The translations under genes and the position numbers were made by a program. This document shows, one piece after another, positions 1-9,196 of a stretch of 64,000 nucleotides of DNA; the first letter of the stretch is position 1; every line of letters starts with the position of its first letter. Below the pieces are notes generated by a model. It did not search any database and had not been told where the DNA came from. It worked only from the letters and a program-made list of their open reading frames with translations. Source of the DNA: Candidatus Poribacteria bacterium (GTDB lineage Bacteria > Poribacteria > WGA-4E > WGA-3G); NCBI GenBank assembly GCA_965215265.1, contig OZ244048.1:1760001-1824000 (forward strand), written 5' to 3'.

Positions 1-1537
1 CTGAAATATCCGACACTTGCGTATCACTAAGATCCAACTCTTTCAAGTTGGTTGCGGATTGAAGGAAAGTCAGATCGCTAACGTCTGAGCCACTTAGATC
101 GAGGCTTGTCAATTCTAGCAGATTTGCCTGGGTGACAGTCGTCCCCGCGGGGATGTTGAGTTCCTCCCTGATTCCCGCAAGGAGCGCCGCATCCCGAACC
201 GTATTTACAGACACCGTCAGGGCTTCCGAGGCCTGGCTCATGTTGCCCGCTATGTCCACTGTGGCATTCTCAGGCACCGTTATTTCCACATCTCCGTCAA
301 AATTCAACGGCGGCGTGATAGTCGCTCTGTAGACTTTGAAGGCTGCACTGCGTCGTCTCACCTCATTCGATTCATCCGGCTGTTTCATATCGAGGGCATG
401 AAACATCAGATCGGAAACGGTCCAACCGTCGAGTTCCATACCTTCAGAATCCGTAAACACGAAATCTTCTGCTGTGAAGCTATCGTCTCTCGTGGTTTCC
501 GCAATGGTACTTGTCCCTCCGGCACCAGCTCCCGAATTAGAAAACTTGATCTCTATCTCAAAGTCACCTGTTTCAATGGTTTCAGTCGACGGAAATTTGT
601 ACACGAACGTGCTTGCACGGATGGTATCTACCCCGTGTGAATAGGTATTTACCCCGTTTGAAACACTGGGAGCATACACGTAAAAATAACCTGCTCCGTA
701 TCTGGCTTCTGTACTATAGAACCGGGTGGTCGGATGATCTTTCCACCTATTGTTGCCGCCCCATGGAAGAGGATCATCAGTAATCAGGTTGGCAGAAGTA
801 ATAGCAGCCTCCCGTTCTGATTTTATCTGATTCGGCCCTGCTTCTGTCGACCATCCTGCGCCCTGCGTTAGGTCTTCCTCGGCTATAGCAAAGAAACCGT
901 GCCTATCAAGAGCAGTATTTATCCCATTGAAATCGTTATCGTTATCAGCTGAACTGACCTCATACTCAAAGGTTAAGGTTGCACCACCAGCGGTGGTCTG
1001 GTAATACGTATTATCAGCTTGAACTGTATAATGGGAATCGCTGAAAGTGCCAGCTGCTATCCCTGTGAGGGAATCCAAGTTAAGAGAGAACCATCTACTT
1101 GCACCATCGAAGTGCAATTGGAGACGAAGATCCTTATGGACAAACACGTCAACATCGAAAACGAACTGAATTTGAATCGTATCACCGGCGTTATAGAAGC
1201 CAGCCGTTATAGGACTCGCATGAGCCTTATCAGTAGAATAACCTGTCTCCGCATCCACGAGACCCTCAGTCACTAGATGGTTCCCAGCTCTTGCTAAATC
1301 CTGTGAACTCCAGCCCTCATCTCCTCTAAAATTAGCCCAACCTGCATCTTCGGCTGCTTTGTGAAACGTAGCAAACATAGATGTACCAGTATGCGAGGGA
1401 TTATTCACTATAATGTTCTGTAACACAGCTGCTTGAGCGTGAGCAGATGTCGAAATTACCGAGGAGATAAATCCGACACTCAACACGCAAACTAAAAAAC
1501 CTACTAATGATAATGGAAAAGCAAAGTTTCCTTTCAT
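1..1537 (-). CDS. Secreted/surface protein with Ig-like (Big) region and leucine-rich repeats; runs off the window edge
   Basis: Not in the ORF track because it has no stop in the window. Translated by hand from ATG 1537: signal peptide MKGNFAFPLSLVGFLVCVLSVGFISSVISTSAHAQ, then ...ATITPPLNFDGDVEITVPENATVDIAGN... (Ig-like) and LTSLDLSGSDVSDLTFLQSATNLKELDLSDTQVSDIS (internalin-type LRR). Frame checked at start, middle and end. Confidence 0.85.
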   Translation of the reverse strand, partial: MKGNFAFPLSLVGFLVCVLSVGFISSVISTSAHAQAAVLQNIIVNNPSHTGTSMFATFHKAAEDAGWANFRGDEGWSSQDLARAGNHLVTEGLVDAETGYSTDKAHASPITAGFYNAGDTIQIQFVFDVDVFVHKDLRLQLHFDGASRWFSLNLDSLTGIAAGTFSDSHYTVQADNTYYQTTAGGATLTFEYEVSSADNDNDFNGINTALDRHGFFAIAEEDLTQGAGWSTEAGPNQIKSEREAAITSANLITDDPLPWGGNNRWKDHPTTRFYSTEARYGAGYFYVYAPSVSNGVNTYSHGVDTIRASTFVYKFPSTETIETGDFEIEIKFSNSGAGAGGTSTIAETTRDDSFTAEDFVFTDSEGMELDGWTVSDLMFHALDMKQPDESNEVRRRSAAFKVYRATITPPLNFDGDVEITVPENATVDIAGNMSQASEALTVSVNTVRDAALLAGIREELNIPAGTTVTQANLLELTSLDLSGSDVSDLTFLQSATNLKELDLSDTQVSDIS

Positions 1538-1630
1538 TTTATTTAATTCCTCATTTATTTTTTTTGCACTCATTATGCAAAATTTATAACCTTCTGGCTA
1601 AGTTATCGAACCAAAAAACACTTTAACTAT

Positions 1631-1815
1631 ATTATAACACAAACCACGAAAAACGTCAACTTTTTTTCCTGGTTTATCGCACATTTATACAAGCTATCGA
1701 TATAAACTAAAAGACGTTGTAAATATAGGAATGTCTCATTAATTAATTGAATCACAAAATCACTACTATATTACAATACAAATATATTATAACACAAAAA
1801 TCCGGAATATGTCAA
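1631..1815 (-). promoter_or_regulatory. Two tandem sigma70-type promoters for the LRR gene
   Basis: TTGACG-17-TATAAT (1659..1631) and TTGACA-18-TATAAT (1815..1786), both with TG extended -10. Confidence 0.7.
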
Positions 1816-2078
1816 CTTTTTTTATTGAATCCACGTCCGCTGCCCTCTTCTCAGGGAGACACGGCTTGCTGTGCCATCTGACTAATTAGTGACTTTTCAC
1901 CCACCGACTTGAGTCCGGTGGTAAAAAGGGCCAATTGGACTTAATGAGATAACGATGAAAGCGAATTGTAAGTTACGCGCTGAGACACTTTTTTGTTGAT
2001 ATTCAATCCAGAATCTCGCTGCCGATTGATGTCCGAGGGTGGACCTGCGAGCGGGTATCAAGGGACGGCGGCTCTCCG

Positions 2079-2366
2079 TTAGGTGTCGGTGTGGTTGTCA
2101 GCTGCCACCAGCTGTCGGACAAGCTCTGCCCGCACCTCCGCAGATAAATTCTGAATCTCCGCCGGGCGAAGTCCGGCTAACCGCTCATCGGGGCTGAGTC
2201 CTTTGACACGCTCATCGGGGCTCAGCCGTGCTAACATGTCGGCACGCTCTTCGGGAGTGAGTCCTTTCATCCGTTCGGCAGGCGGAATTCTCGCCAGAAT
2301 CTCGGTGCCGAACGTGTCTGCCAATGCTTGCATTTCGGTGTCGTAAAAGTTCTGTCTTTTTCCCAT
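2079..2366 (-). CDS. Stand-alone copy of the Rpn-like C-terminal tail (95 aa, RpnS-like)
   Basis: MGKRQNFYDTEMQ...AADNHTDT, preceded by GGAGATATTACAA-ATG (SD-like). The longer ORF-track start is read-through of the previous copy. Confidence 0.65.
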   Translation of the reverse strand: MGKRQNFYDTEMQALADTFGTEILARIPPAERMKGLTPEERADMLARLSPDERVKGLSPDERLAGLRPAEIQNLSAEVRAELVRQLVAADNHTDT

Positions 2367-2433
2367 TTGTAATATCTCCAATGATGTACGAGGGTGGACC
2401 TGCGAGCGGGTATCAAGGAATAGGGACTCTCCG

Positions 2434-2721
2434 TTAGGTGTCGGTGTGGTTGTCAGCTGCCACCAGCTGTCGGACAAGCTCTGCCCGCACCTCCGCAGAT
2501 AAATTCTGAATCTCCGCCGGGCGAAGTCCGGCTAACCGCTCATCGGGGCTGAGTCCTTTGACACGCTCATCGGGGCTCAGCCGTGCTAACATGTCGGCAC
2601 GCTCTTCGGGAGTGAGTCCTTTCATCCGTTCGGCAGGCGGAATTCTCGCCAGAATCTCGGTGCCGAACGTGTCTGCTAATGCTTGCATTTCGGTGTCGTA
2701 AAAGTTCTGTCTTTTTCCCAT
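2434..2721 (-). CDS. Second stand-alone copy of the Rpn-like C-terminal tail (95 aa)
   Basis: Same protein as 2079..2366; I see one synonymous difference. Same SD. Confidence 0.65.
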   Translation of the reverse strand: MGKRQNFYDTEMQALADTFGTEILARIPPAERMKGLTPEERADMLARLSPDERVKGLSPDERLAGLRPAEIQNLSAEVRAELVRQLVAADNHTDT

Positions 2722-2788
2722 TTGTAATATCTCCAATGATGTACGAGGGTGGACCTGCGAGCGGGTATCAAGGAATAGGGACTCTCCG

Positions 2789-3796
2789 TTAGGTGTCGGT
2801 GTCGTTGTCAGCTGCCACCAGCTGTCGGACAAGCTCTGCCCGCACCTCCGCAGATAAATTCTGAATCTCCGCCGGCGACAAACCTTGAAATGCCTTGACG
2901 CGTTCATCGGGGCTAAGTCCTTTGACGCGTTCATCGGCACTCAGGCGTGCTAACATATCCGCCCGGTCCTGAGGGCTCAAGCGGGCCAGCATGTCCGTGC
3001 GGGCTTCAGCGGGCAGCCGTGCTAACATGTCGGCACGCTCTTCGGGAGTGAGTCCTTTCATCCGTTCGGCAGGCGGAATTCTCGCCAGAATCTCGGTGCC
3101 GAACGTGTCTGCCAATGCTTGCATTTCGGTGTCGTAAAAGTTCTGTCTTTTTCCCATTTGTAATATCTCCATTGATGTTTGAGGGTGGACCTGCGAGGCA
3201 TATCTAAAATAGCGCTCATTTTCTTCTGCAACTAGCTGCCTCACAAACGCACGGAATTGTTCCGCTGATGCCGTAAAAGGCAGCAACAAATAATTCTCTC
3301 GCACCAGTTCCAGCTCGTTGCACACTAACAGATGCACTGGAAACGTCTCCGTTATCTGGTAGTGTCCCGGCTTGACGCGTTCCCATTGTCCCTTGTAATA
3401 AGGCCGCGAGAGCAGTGCGCGAGGGTAGCGGGCGGAGACAATCGTCAAGGTGAGTACCTGCTTTGAAAGCCTGTTATCAGCCAGATAAAGACACGCACGC
3501 GCCTGGATGCGGTAATAGTCGCTCTCTGTCAAAGCGTCGGCTTGACTTTTGAACTCTATGAGATTATGCGTTCGGAAGTAGCGGAAAATCGGCTCTTCGG
3601 CGAGGAGGTTTGCCCGGTCAGCGGTGTCTCGCAAAATCACGCAGATGTCTATCGTGAGAGGCAGGTAGCTGACGGCGAGTTCTGCCTGTATCGGCAGCCC
3701 GAGTCGCTCTCCGAGCTGCGCGTTGAGATTCTGTTTGAAGCACGCATCATAAGCCGCCCGGACACCGCGCGGTTTTTCATCGCCTGCTCTGCGCAT
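2789..3796 (-). CDS. Rpn/YhgA-like PD-(D/E)XK nuclease-fold protein with repetitive helical C-terminal tail
   Basis: N-terminal YDACFK, LPLTIDICVIL and HNLIEFKS motifs (D...ExK); C-terminal L[ST]P[DE]ER repeats; GGAGG SD before ATG 3796. Confidence 0.75.
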   Translation of the reverse strand: MRRAGDEKPRGVRAAYDACFKQNLNAQLGERLGLPIQAELAVSYLPLTIDICVILRDTADRANLLAEEPIFRYFRTHNLIEFKSQADALTESDYYRIQARACLYLADNRLSKQVLTLTIVSARYPRALLSRPYYKGQWERVKPGHYQITETFPVHLLVCNELELVRENYLLLPFTASAEQFRAFVRQLVAEENERYFRYASQVHPQTSMEILQMGKRQNFYDTEMQALADTFGTEILARIPPAERMKGLTPEERADMLARLPAEARTDMLARLSPQDRADMLARLSADERVKGLSPDERVKAFQGLSPAEIQNLSAEVRAELVRQLVAADNDTDT

Positions 3797-3839
3797 AACT
3801 CCTCCATCCTGACTCTCTTTACTTTACTTCTTCTTATGT

Positions 3840-4109
3840 ATTGTAAAAGGGTGAGAAAAAATGTCAACCCATTTTACGTGATGTTGCCTCAAACCGGTTC
3901 GGCAACTCACTTTTAATTAAGTATACCTGCAATGTAAAAAAAATGTCAACTTTTTTCTCTTATATTATGATACCCGCAATCTGAGAAAATTTCAACTCTT
4001 TTTTTTCGAATTCCTGAATCGGTTTCCGTTCCGAAATAAACACTACAGAATTGCACGAATTTTCGAGAGTTAACAATAATATTATATCTCAAGCCCCAAA
4101 GTTTGTCAA
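3840..4109 (-). promoter_or_regulatory. Four stacked sigma70-type promoters upstream of the Rpn-like gene
   Basis: TTGACA-16-TACAAT (3867..3840), TTGACA-18-TATACT (3949..3920), TTGAAA-17-TATCAT (3995..3967), TTGACA-17-TATAAT (4109..4081). Confidence 0.65.
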
Positions 4110-4247
4110 CTCTATTTTCGGTTTTTTTCGGAATCCGGACGCGCTGCCCCGCAAAAACTTGTAAAATATGTGGAATCGGTGTGTTCACAGAAGCATCGGT
4201 CTCCGTATTTAAACCGCAGCGGGTGAGCCGCAGGTGCACCTGCCGTG

Positions 4248-4352
4248 CTACTCCTCCGTTCCATTCTCCGCAGCCAGCAACTGCCGCGCCAGTTTCACAC
4301 GCATCTCCATCGACAAGCCCCGGAGCACCTCCACCAATTCGGCGTGAGACAT
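4248..4352 (-). pseudogene. Diverged remnant of another Rpn-like C-terminal tail
   Basis: MSHAELVEVLRGLSMEMRVKLARQLLAAENGTEE* aligns with LSPAEIQNLSAEVRAELVRQLVAADNDTDT*. Confidence 0.6.
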
Positions 4353-4369
4353 CGCTTTGAAAAATAGAC

Positions 4370-4398
4370 TTGATATTTTAAATTTAACTTGATATAAT
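4370..4398 (+). promoter_or_regulatory. Sigma70-type promoter of the TIR operon
   Basis: TTGATA-17-TATAAT. Confidence 0.55.
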
Positions 4399-4450
4399 AA
4401 TCTAATCTAAACTGAGGTATAATACGAAAACTGCAACCAGAGGTTGTCAC

Positions 4451-4866
4451 ATGAAAAAATATAATCTCTTTATTAGTCATTCGTGGGCCTACGACAATCA
4501 ATATCAAAATCTAATCAATTTGCTTGATGCAAGGCCATATTTCCACTATAGCAACTATTCCGTACCCAAAGACGATCCGCTACATACCAGCGGAACGGAC
4601 CGAGCATTGTATAATGCGATAAAAAATCAGATAACGCCTAGCAGTATTGTGCTGATATTGGCAGGCATTTACGCAAGCTATAGCAAATGGATCGACAAAG
4701 AAATCCAGATTGCACAAACTGAGTACTGGACTCCCAAACCGATTCTTGCTATTGAACCTTGGGGGAGTCAAAATACATCTGCCAAGGTAAAGGAAAGGAT
4801 GCCGCGGATAAAATCGTTGGCTGGAATACGGACAGCATTGTCTCTGCAATTCGGGAGTTAGCGTGA
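4451..4866 (+). CDS. MTH538/ThsB-like TIR-domain protein, frameshifted near the C-terminus
   Basis: YNLFISHSW and SKWIDKEI (catalytic Glu region) motifs. An AAGGA duplication at 4790-4799 shifts the frame; the expected end DAADKIVGWNTDSIVSAIRELA* lies in the other frame (stop 4864-4866). Confidence 0.85.
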
Positions 4867-4868
4867 AC

Positions 4869-5330
4869 ATGGACGGAAAACAGGAATTGCTAGAAATCTA
4901 CAAACTCCACGCGGAACTCGCCAACAGTGTCAGCAAGCAACGGGTTACCGCAAACCGTTTCTATATGCTGGTCTTGTCTGGATTGTCGGTGCTTTTCTCC
5001 GCGTTCCTACAACGCAGAAATGGAGTACCCCTATCGTGGCTCATGATAGGCTTTGGGTTACTCGGTACACTTTTGGCAGCAGCATGGTATATTATCATCC
5101 GCTCCTATCGTCAACTGAATTCTGGGAAATTCAAGGCATTGCATGAATTGGAGGAAAAACTCGCCTATCCGTTTTTCAAACGCGAATGGGAATTGCTGCA
5201 GGAAGGCACAGAACGAAAAACCTATTGGCGACTCACCATTGTTGAGACGTTTGTTCCGGTGATCTTCTTTGTCTGTTTTGCAGTGTTGTTGATAATTGGC
5301 ATTTGTTTACTCTTTATTGACGGAGCCTGA
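4869..5330 (+). CDS. Small multi-pass membrane protein (about 3 TM), RipA/octameric-pore-like candidate effector
   Basis: ELLEIYK...R..ANRFY, two TM helices, W...IRSYRQLNSGKF..LHELEEKL, then a third TM. Directly coupled to the TIR gene. The family name is from recollection of the motif. Confidence 0.75.
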   Translation: MDGKQELLEIYKLHAELANSVSKQRVTANRFYMLVLSGLSVLFSAFLQRRNGVPLSWLMIGFGLLGTLLAAAWYIIIRSYRQLNSGKFKALHELEEKLAYPFFKREWELLQEGTERKTYWRLTIVETFVPVIFFVCFAVLLIIGICLLFIDGA

Positions 5331-5401
5331 GATGTCTTATTCAAAATGATAATGATTCGCATCGCCTTGATGGCAACGGATGGCGACATTTCAGCGCAAG
5401 A

Positions 5402-6418
5402 CTACGAACAACTCAAGCATGATTTCCTAGACTCAGGAATTGAGGTTGAAGAGGTGTAACGTTCCACTGCCGTCAATACCTGCTCTACCGTAATTCCGTC
5501 AATCACGGTACAACTTCCAGCGCCGCACCCCCCCGGCCGCCGCCCCGGATGACATGGATTACACCCGAGCTCTACCCGGCTCCGTACGACAGTGTGCTGC
5601 TGCCCATAGGGGCCGCTTCTATGATGGTTGGTTGAGCCAAAGAGCGCAATAACCGGTGTACCTACCGCAGCAGCGATGTGCATCGGGCCAGTGTCGTTGC
5701 CGATGTAGACATCACACGCTGAGATTAACGCGGCGAGATGCCGTAAGTCTTCTGTTTTGACGACAAGCGGTGAGGTGTCCATCATGCTTACGACTTGTGC
5801 TTGGAGCGCACGCTCGTTTGGCCCCGCAAAAAGTAAGATTGAGGCTGCTTGTTTTTGAGGTAAGGCACTCGCGAGCTGAGCATATTTGGCGGGACTCCAC
5901 AGCTTGTATGCCCAATTCCCGCCTGGGTGGATGCCGATGAGGCGGCTTTCTGGCAGGACTCCGTTTCTGCTTAGAAATTGCTGTGCTTCTTTCCGTTCCA
6001 CAGATGTCAGTTGCAGGCGAGGTCGCGCGTCTGTTATCTCAATTCCGTGCCGCCGGAGTACCTCCAAGTAACGCGTAACGGCGTGCAGATTGCCGCGTTC
6101 ATGTCCCATTGCCCAGTGCTGCGCACCGATGAACCGCGCCGTGAGACTATCTCGTAGATTGACGACTAAGTCTATTTTTTTTTCACGCAGCAGCCTTATC
6201 AACCGCAGTCTGCCTTTCCAACCGATGTGCTCGCCTCTATTATCGTAAATATAGACAGCATCGATTTGCGGGTCCGGGGATAGCAGCGCCGCTACGGGTG
6301 TACCGACAAGGAAGGCGATGTCCGAATTAGGAAAGTGCTGGCGCAACGGTTGGATAACAGCCGTAGACAATACGGCATCGCCGATAAAACTAAAACTAAA
6401 GACCAGAATTTTCCGCAT
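5402..6418 (-). CDS. Glycosyltransferase family 9 (heptosyltransferase-like)
   Basis: IGDAVLS, HPGG..KLW and NDTGPMHIAAA motifs. Confidence 0.93.
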   Translation of the reverse strand: MRKILVFSFSFIGDAVLSTAVIQPLRQHFPNSDIAFLVGTPVAALLSPDPQIDAVYIYDNRGEHIGWKGRLRLIRLLREKKIDLVVNLRDSLTARFIGAQHWAMGHERGNLHAVTRYLEVLRRHGIEITDARPRLQLTSVERKEAQQFLSRNGVLPESRLIGIHPGGNWAYKLWSPAKYAQLASALPQKQAASILLFAGPNERALQAQVVSMMDTSPLVVKTEDLRHLAALISACDVYIGNDTGPMHIAAAVGTPVIALFGSTNHHRSGPYGQQHTVVRSRVELGCNPCHPGRRPGGCGAGSCTVIDGITVEQVLTAVERYTSSTSIPESRKSCLSCS

Positions 6419-6466
6419 ATTTGTATACTGCAGCACGTCAACGCCTGCTGTTTTGCTAAATACTTT

Positions 6467-6590
6467 ACAAATCTCGCCAGAGGTTTATTATGTATAGAAT
6501 CGTAACATCAAAGGATTTGGGCGGGCGACGAGATTTACATCGGAGCTGGCAAAACATAACCGTCGATGGTACGGAAATATACAAAAAATG
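6467..6590. repeat. Composite dispersed intergenic repeat modules
   Basis: AAATCTCGCCAGAGG, GGATTTGGGCGGGCGACGAGATTT and GATGGTACGGAAATATACAAAAA all recur elsewhere in the window. Confidence 0.8.
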
Positions 6591-6704
6591 GTGTCGTCTA
6601 CAAACTCATAAGAAGATAATATAGCGGTGGCACGAACAGAGAGACCTTATCGCCTCTATCGCCTCTGACAAAATAGGCATGTGAGGTTTGGTCCCAGACA
6701 AGCA

Positions 6705-7952
6705 CTATCGCTCCTGAAAACAGAAAGATTCTATCAATTCTACAGCGGTGGTGATGCCGTCCTCTGATTCCATTTGTGTGCCTAACCGCTGTGCCTGCTC
6801 AGCCATTGCCGGTGTTTCCAAGACCTGCCCGATTCGCTTCGCGAGCCGGTTTGCTGTCATGTTGCGACGGTGCAAGATTCTGGGTGCCACCCCAAGGGCG
6901 TGGAGGAGTTTTCCCCAATACGGTTGATCTGCGTGGTGCGGCACGACAACCGATGGTACTTTCGCACGACAGGCGGCCGTGGTCGTACCCGCCCCACCGT
7001 GATGTACAACGCAACATGCCTGAGGAAATAGCCAACGGTGCGGTACGTAGTCGGTGAAAAAAATGTCCGGCAAACTGTCTACCCTTCTCAATTGTCCCCA
7101 TCCAGCTTGGATGATGGCCCGCCGGTTCACTTGTCTAACACCATCTATGAGAATTTGGCTTGTCTCACGTCCATTTGTACCACCCATAGAACCGAACGAG
7201 ATAATAACCGGCGGCGTGCCATTCTCCAGAAAATCACGCAATTCCGATGGTGTGCAGTAGTCCGGCTCATCCAAATACCAAGCGCCCGTGATTTTGTAGT
7301 TCTCTGGGAAATCCGTCTGCCTGCAGAACGTAGGGGAGGCAGCGATGAGATTCAAGTGTGGCGAATATTTTCCTTCGAACGCCACAGATTTTCGTGCCGT
7401 GCCACCGACAGTCGTTATAAATTGATTAAAAAGCGGGTTGATGACCCGACCGACGCGCAGCTCTGCCAATTTCCACACAACGGAATTGAAGAGAGGACCC
7501 CAATTCGGGAACGGATACGGGGCAGTATACCGGGATTTAATGAAACCAGGGCAGTAGGTTACGGTAAACCACGGTACCCCGTTGCGGATGGCGGCTTCTT
7601 GTGCCGGCAGGTCCACCGAGTGGCATATTGCAAGGTCGTAGCCTCTCATCGCAGGTAGGCAATCGTCGTACCATTTTTTTCCACGGTTCAAAATGCCTTC
7701 CTCAGCGATGATGCGGAAGTGACGCAGTGGGTCACGCATCCGAATGACGGTGTCCATCACCTTATGGAATTCTGCCAGGTCAAAACTCACCCTGACCTCG
7801 TGGAAATCCATGCCGAGCTCATCTATCCGTTCTCTGTATAACGCAGGCGCACAGACGCGTATCTGATGCCCACGGTGCCGTAAACGTTGTGCCAACGCCA
7901 AAACAGGATACACATCGCCTGTTGAACCCCAGGCACTGAATACAATTTTCAC
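6705..7952 (-). CDS. Glycosyltransferase family 1 (GT28-N type; sterol-glucosyl/rhamnosyltransferase-like)
   Basis: GSTGDVYP and HHGGAGTT...VVVPHHADQPYWG motifs. Confidence 0.92.
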   Translation of the reverse strand: MKIVFSAWGSTGDVYPVLALAQRLRHRGHQIRVCAPALYRERIDELGMDFHEVRVSFDLAEFHKVMDTVIRMRDPLRHFRIIAEEGILNRGKKWYDDCLPAMRGYDLAICHSVDLPAQEAAIRNGVPWFTVTYCPGFIKSRYTAPYPFPNWGPLFNSVVWKLAELRVGRVINPLFNQFITTVGGTARKSVAFEGKYSPHLNLIAASPTFCRQTDFPENYKITGAWYLDEPDYCTPSELRDFLENGTPPVIISFGSMGGTNGRETSQILIDGVRQVNRRAIIQAGWGQLRRVDSLPDIFFTDYVPHRWLFPQACCVVHHGGAGTTTAACRAKVPSVVVPHHADQPYWGKLLHALGVAPRILHRRNMTANRLAKRIGQVLETPAMAEQAQRLGTQMESEDGITTAVELIESFCFQER

Positions 7953-8983
7953 AATCGCTCCTCAACGGCTTTCCAGACAGTATTGACAGCGAGTTTTTTT
8001 GTACATTCCCACCCGATTTTACACTTATGCGCGCTGCACGGCCAACAAGGCATATCTCGCCGTACAATGGACGCGTTTTCGCTTAGCGGATGCCAGACCA
8101 CATGATCCGTAGGTCCAAAAATTGCCACCGTCGGTACATCTAAAGCGGCGGCGATGTGCATAGGACCGGAATCGTTGCAAACGACGAGGGCACAGCAGTT
8201 TAAAAGAGCCGCCAACTTGCGAATTGTTGTCGGTGCGTGGATGATAACATTATGCCGCATTATTTGCTGGATATTACGCGCCAGCCCTGCCTCATCCGGC
8301 CCGTGCAAGAGCAGTATAGTAGCGTTATACTGGGCCGCCAGCATGTCAGCGAGCGCTGCGTACTCTTCTTCCGGCCAACGTTTATCGTGAGAGCTCCCCC
8401 CCGGGTGAATGCCGATGAGCATGTCTTCTCCACATAAATTCCAAGCAGCAATCCGTTCTTTGGCGTTGGCAATTTCATTCGGAGTGAGTCGCAACACGAG
8501 CTGCCGGGTGCCTTCGCCTAGACAAATTAACCGCACCAATTCCAAGTTTCTGTCAACTTCGTGGGTTTCACCTTTCTGGTATCTGCCGTGCCAGGCATGC
8601 GTGAACGTGGATTTGAACCGTTTCTGATACCGCCCCAGGCGGTAGGGGGCACCAGAGAGAGAAGCCACCAGATGCGGCCATGTTGCAGTTTGCATCGCTA
8701 CGACGAGTTGAAAACGTTCGCGGCGCAGTGCACGGTAGAATCGGAGCCGCTCCCTTAATCGTTCATGTTTCCCGTCACGGTTGAACCGAAGAATCCGGTC
8801 AACATCAGGATTACCGAGTAGAATTGAGGCATTAAGCGGACCTGCCAGTACCGTAATTTCTGCATCTGGATAATTTTGCCGGAGTAACGCTATCGCAGGG
8901 GTAGAGTTCAGCATATCTCCGATGCCATCCATGCGGATGATGAGGATTTTGTCGATATCTGGCAGTATCTCTCCATGTCGCAT
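7949..8983 (-). CDS. Glycosyltransferase family 9 (heptosyltransferase-like)
   Basis: GIGDML, HPGGS..KRW and NDSGPMHIAAA motifs; overlaps the next gene by 4 nt. Confidence 0.93.
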   Translation of the reverse strand: MRHGEILPDIDKILIIRMDGIGDMLNSTPAIALLRQNYPDAEITVLAGPLNASILLGNPDVDRILRFNRDGKHERLRERLRFYRALRRERFQLVVAMQTATWPHLVASLSGAPYRLGRYQKRFKSTFTHAWHGRYQKGETHEVDRNLELVRLICLGEGTRQLVLRLTPNEIANAKERIAAWNLCGEDMLIGIHPGGSSHDKRWPEEEYAALADMLAAQYNATILLLHGPDEAGLARNIQQIMRHNVIIHAPTTIRKLAALLNCCALVVCNDSGPMHIAAALDVPTVAIFGPTDHVVWHPLSENASIVRRDMPCWPCSAHKCKIGWECTKKLAVNTVWKAVEERL

Positions 8984-9196
8984 TGTGTTTCCTTGTCCGT
9001 AAGTGCGGCACCAACCGACTGAAAAGTGTATAAAAAACGTGCGGGTAAATGCTAGTTCGTATTATACCATAAAGTTTTTATTATACCATAAAATAGTTTA
9101 CAAGCCAAATCCAGGCTTAAATAGGGAATAGGCATCAGAATTGATATTGGACAAAAAAGTTTGCATCGCCGCTACTCCCTATGGTATCATAGAAAC

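Larger units (their letters stand above)
2035..3196 (-). repeat. 355-bp tandem direct repeats of the 3' end of the Rpn-like gene
   Basis: Stops at 2079, 2434 and 2789 are spaced exactly 355 bp. The junction motif TCGCAGGTCCACCCTC occurs at 2035-2050, 2390-2405, 2745-2760 and 3181-3196. Confidence 0.97.

Noticed and set aside
2079-2940. ORF-track starts at 2477 and 2940
   Set aside because: They are off-frame read-through of the preceding repeat copy; the SD-supported starts are 2366 and 2721.
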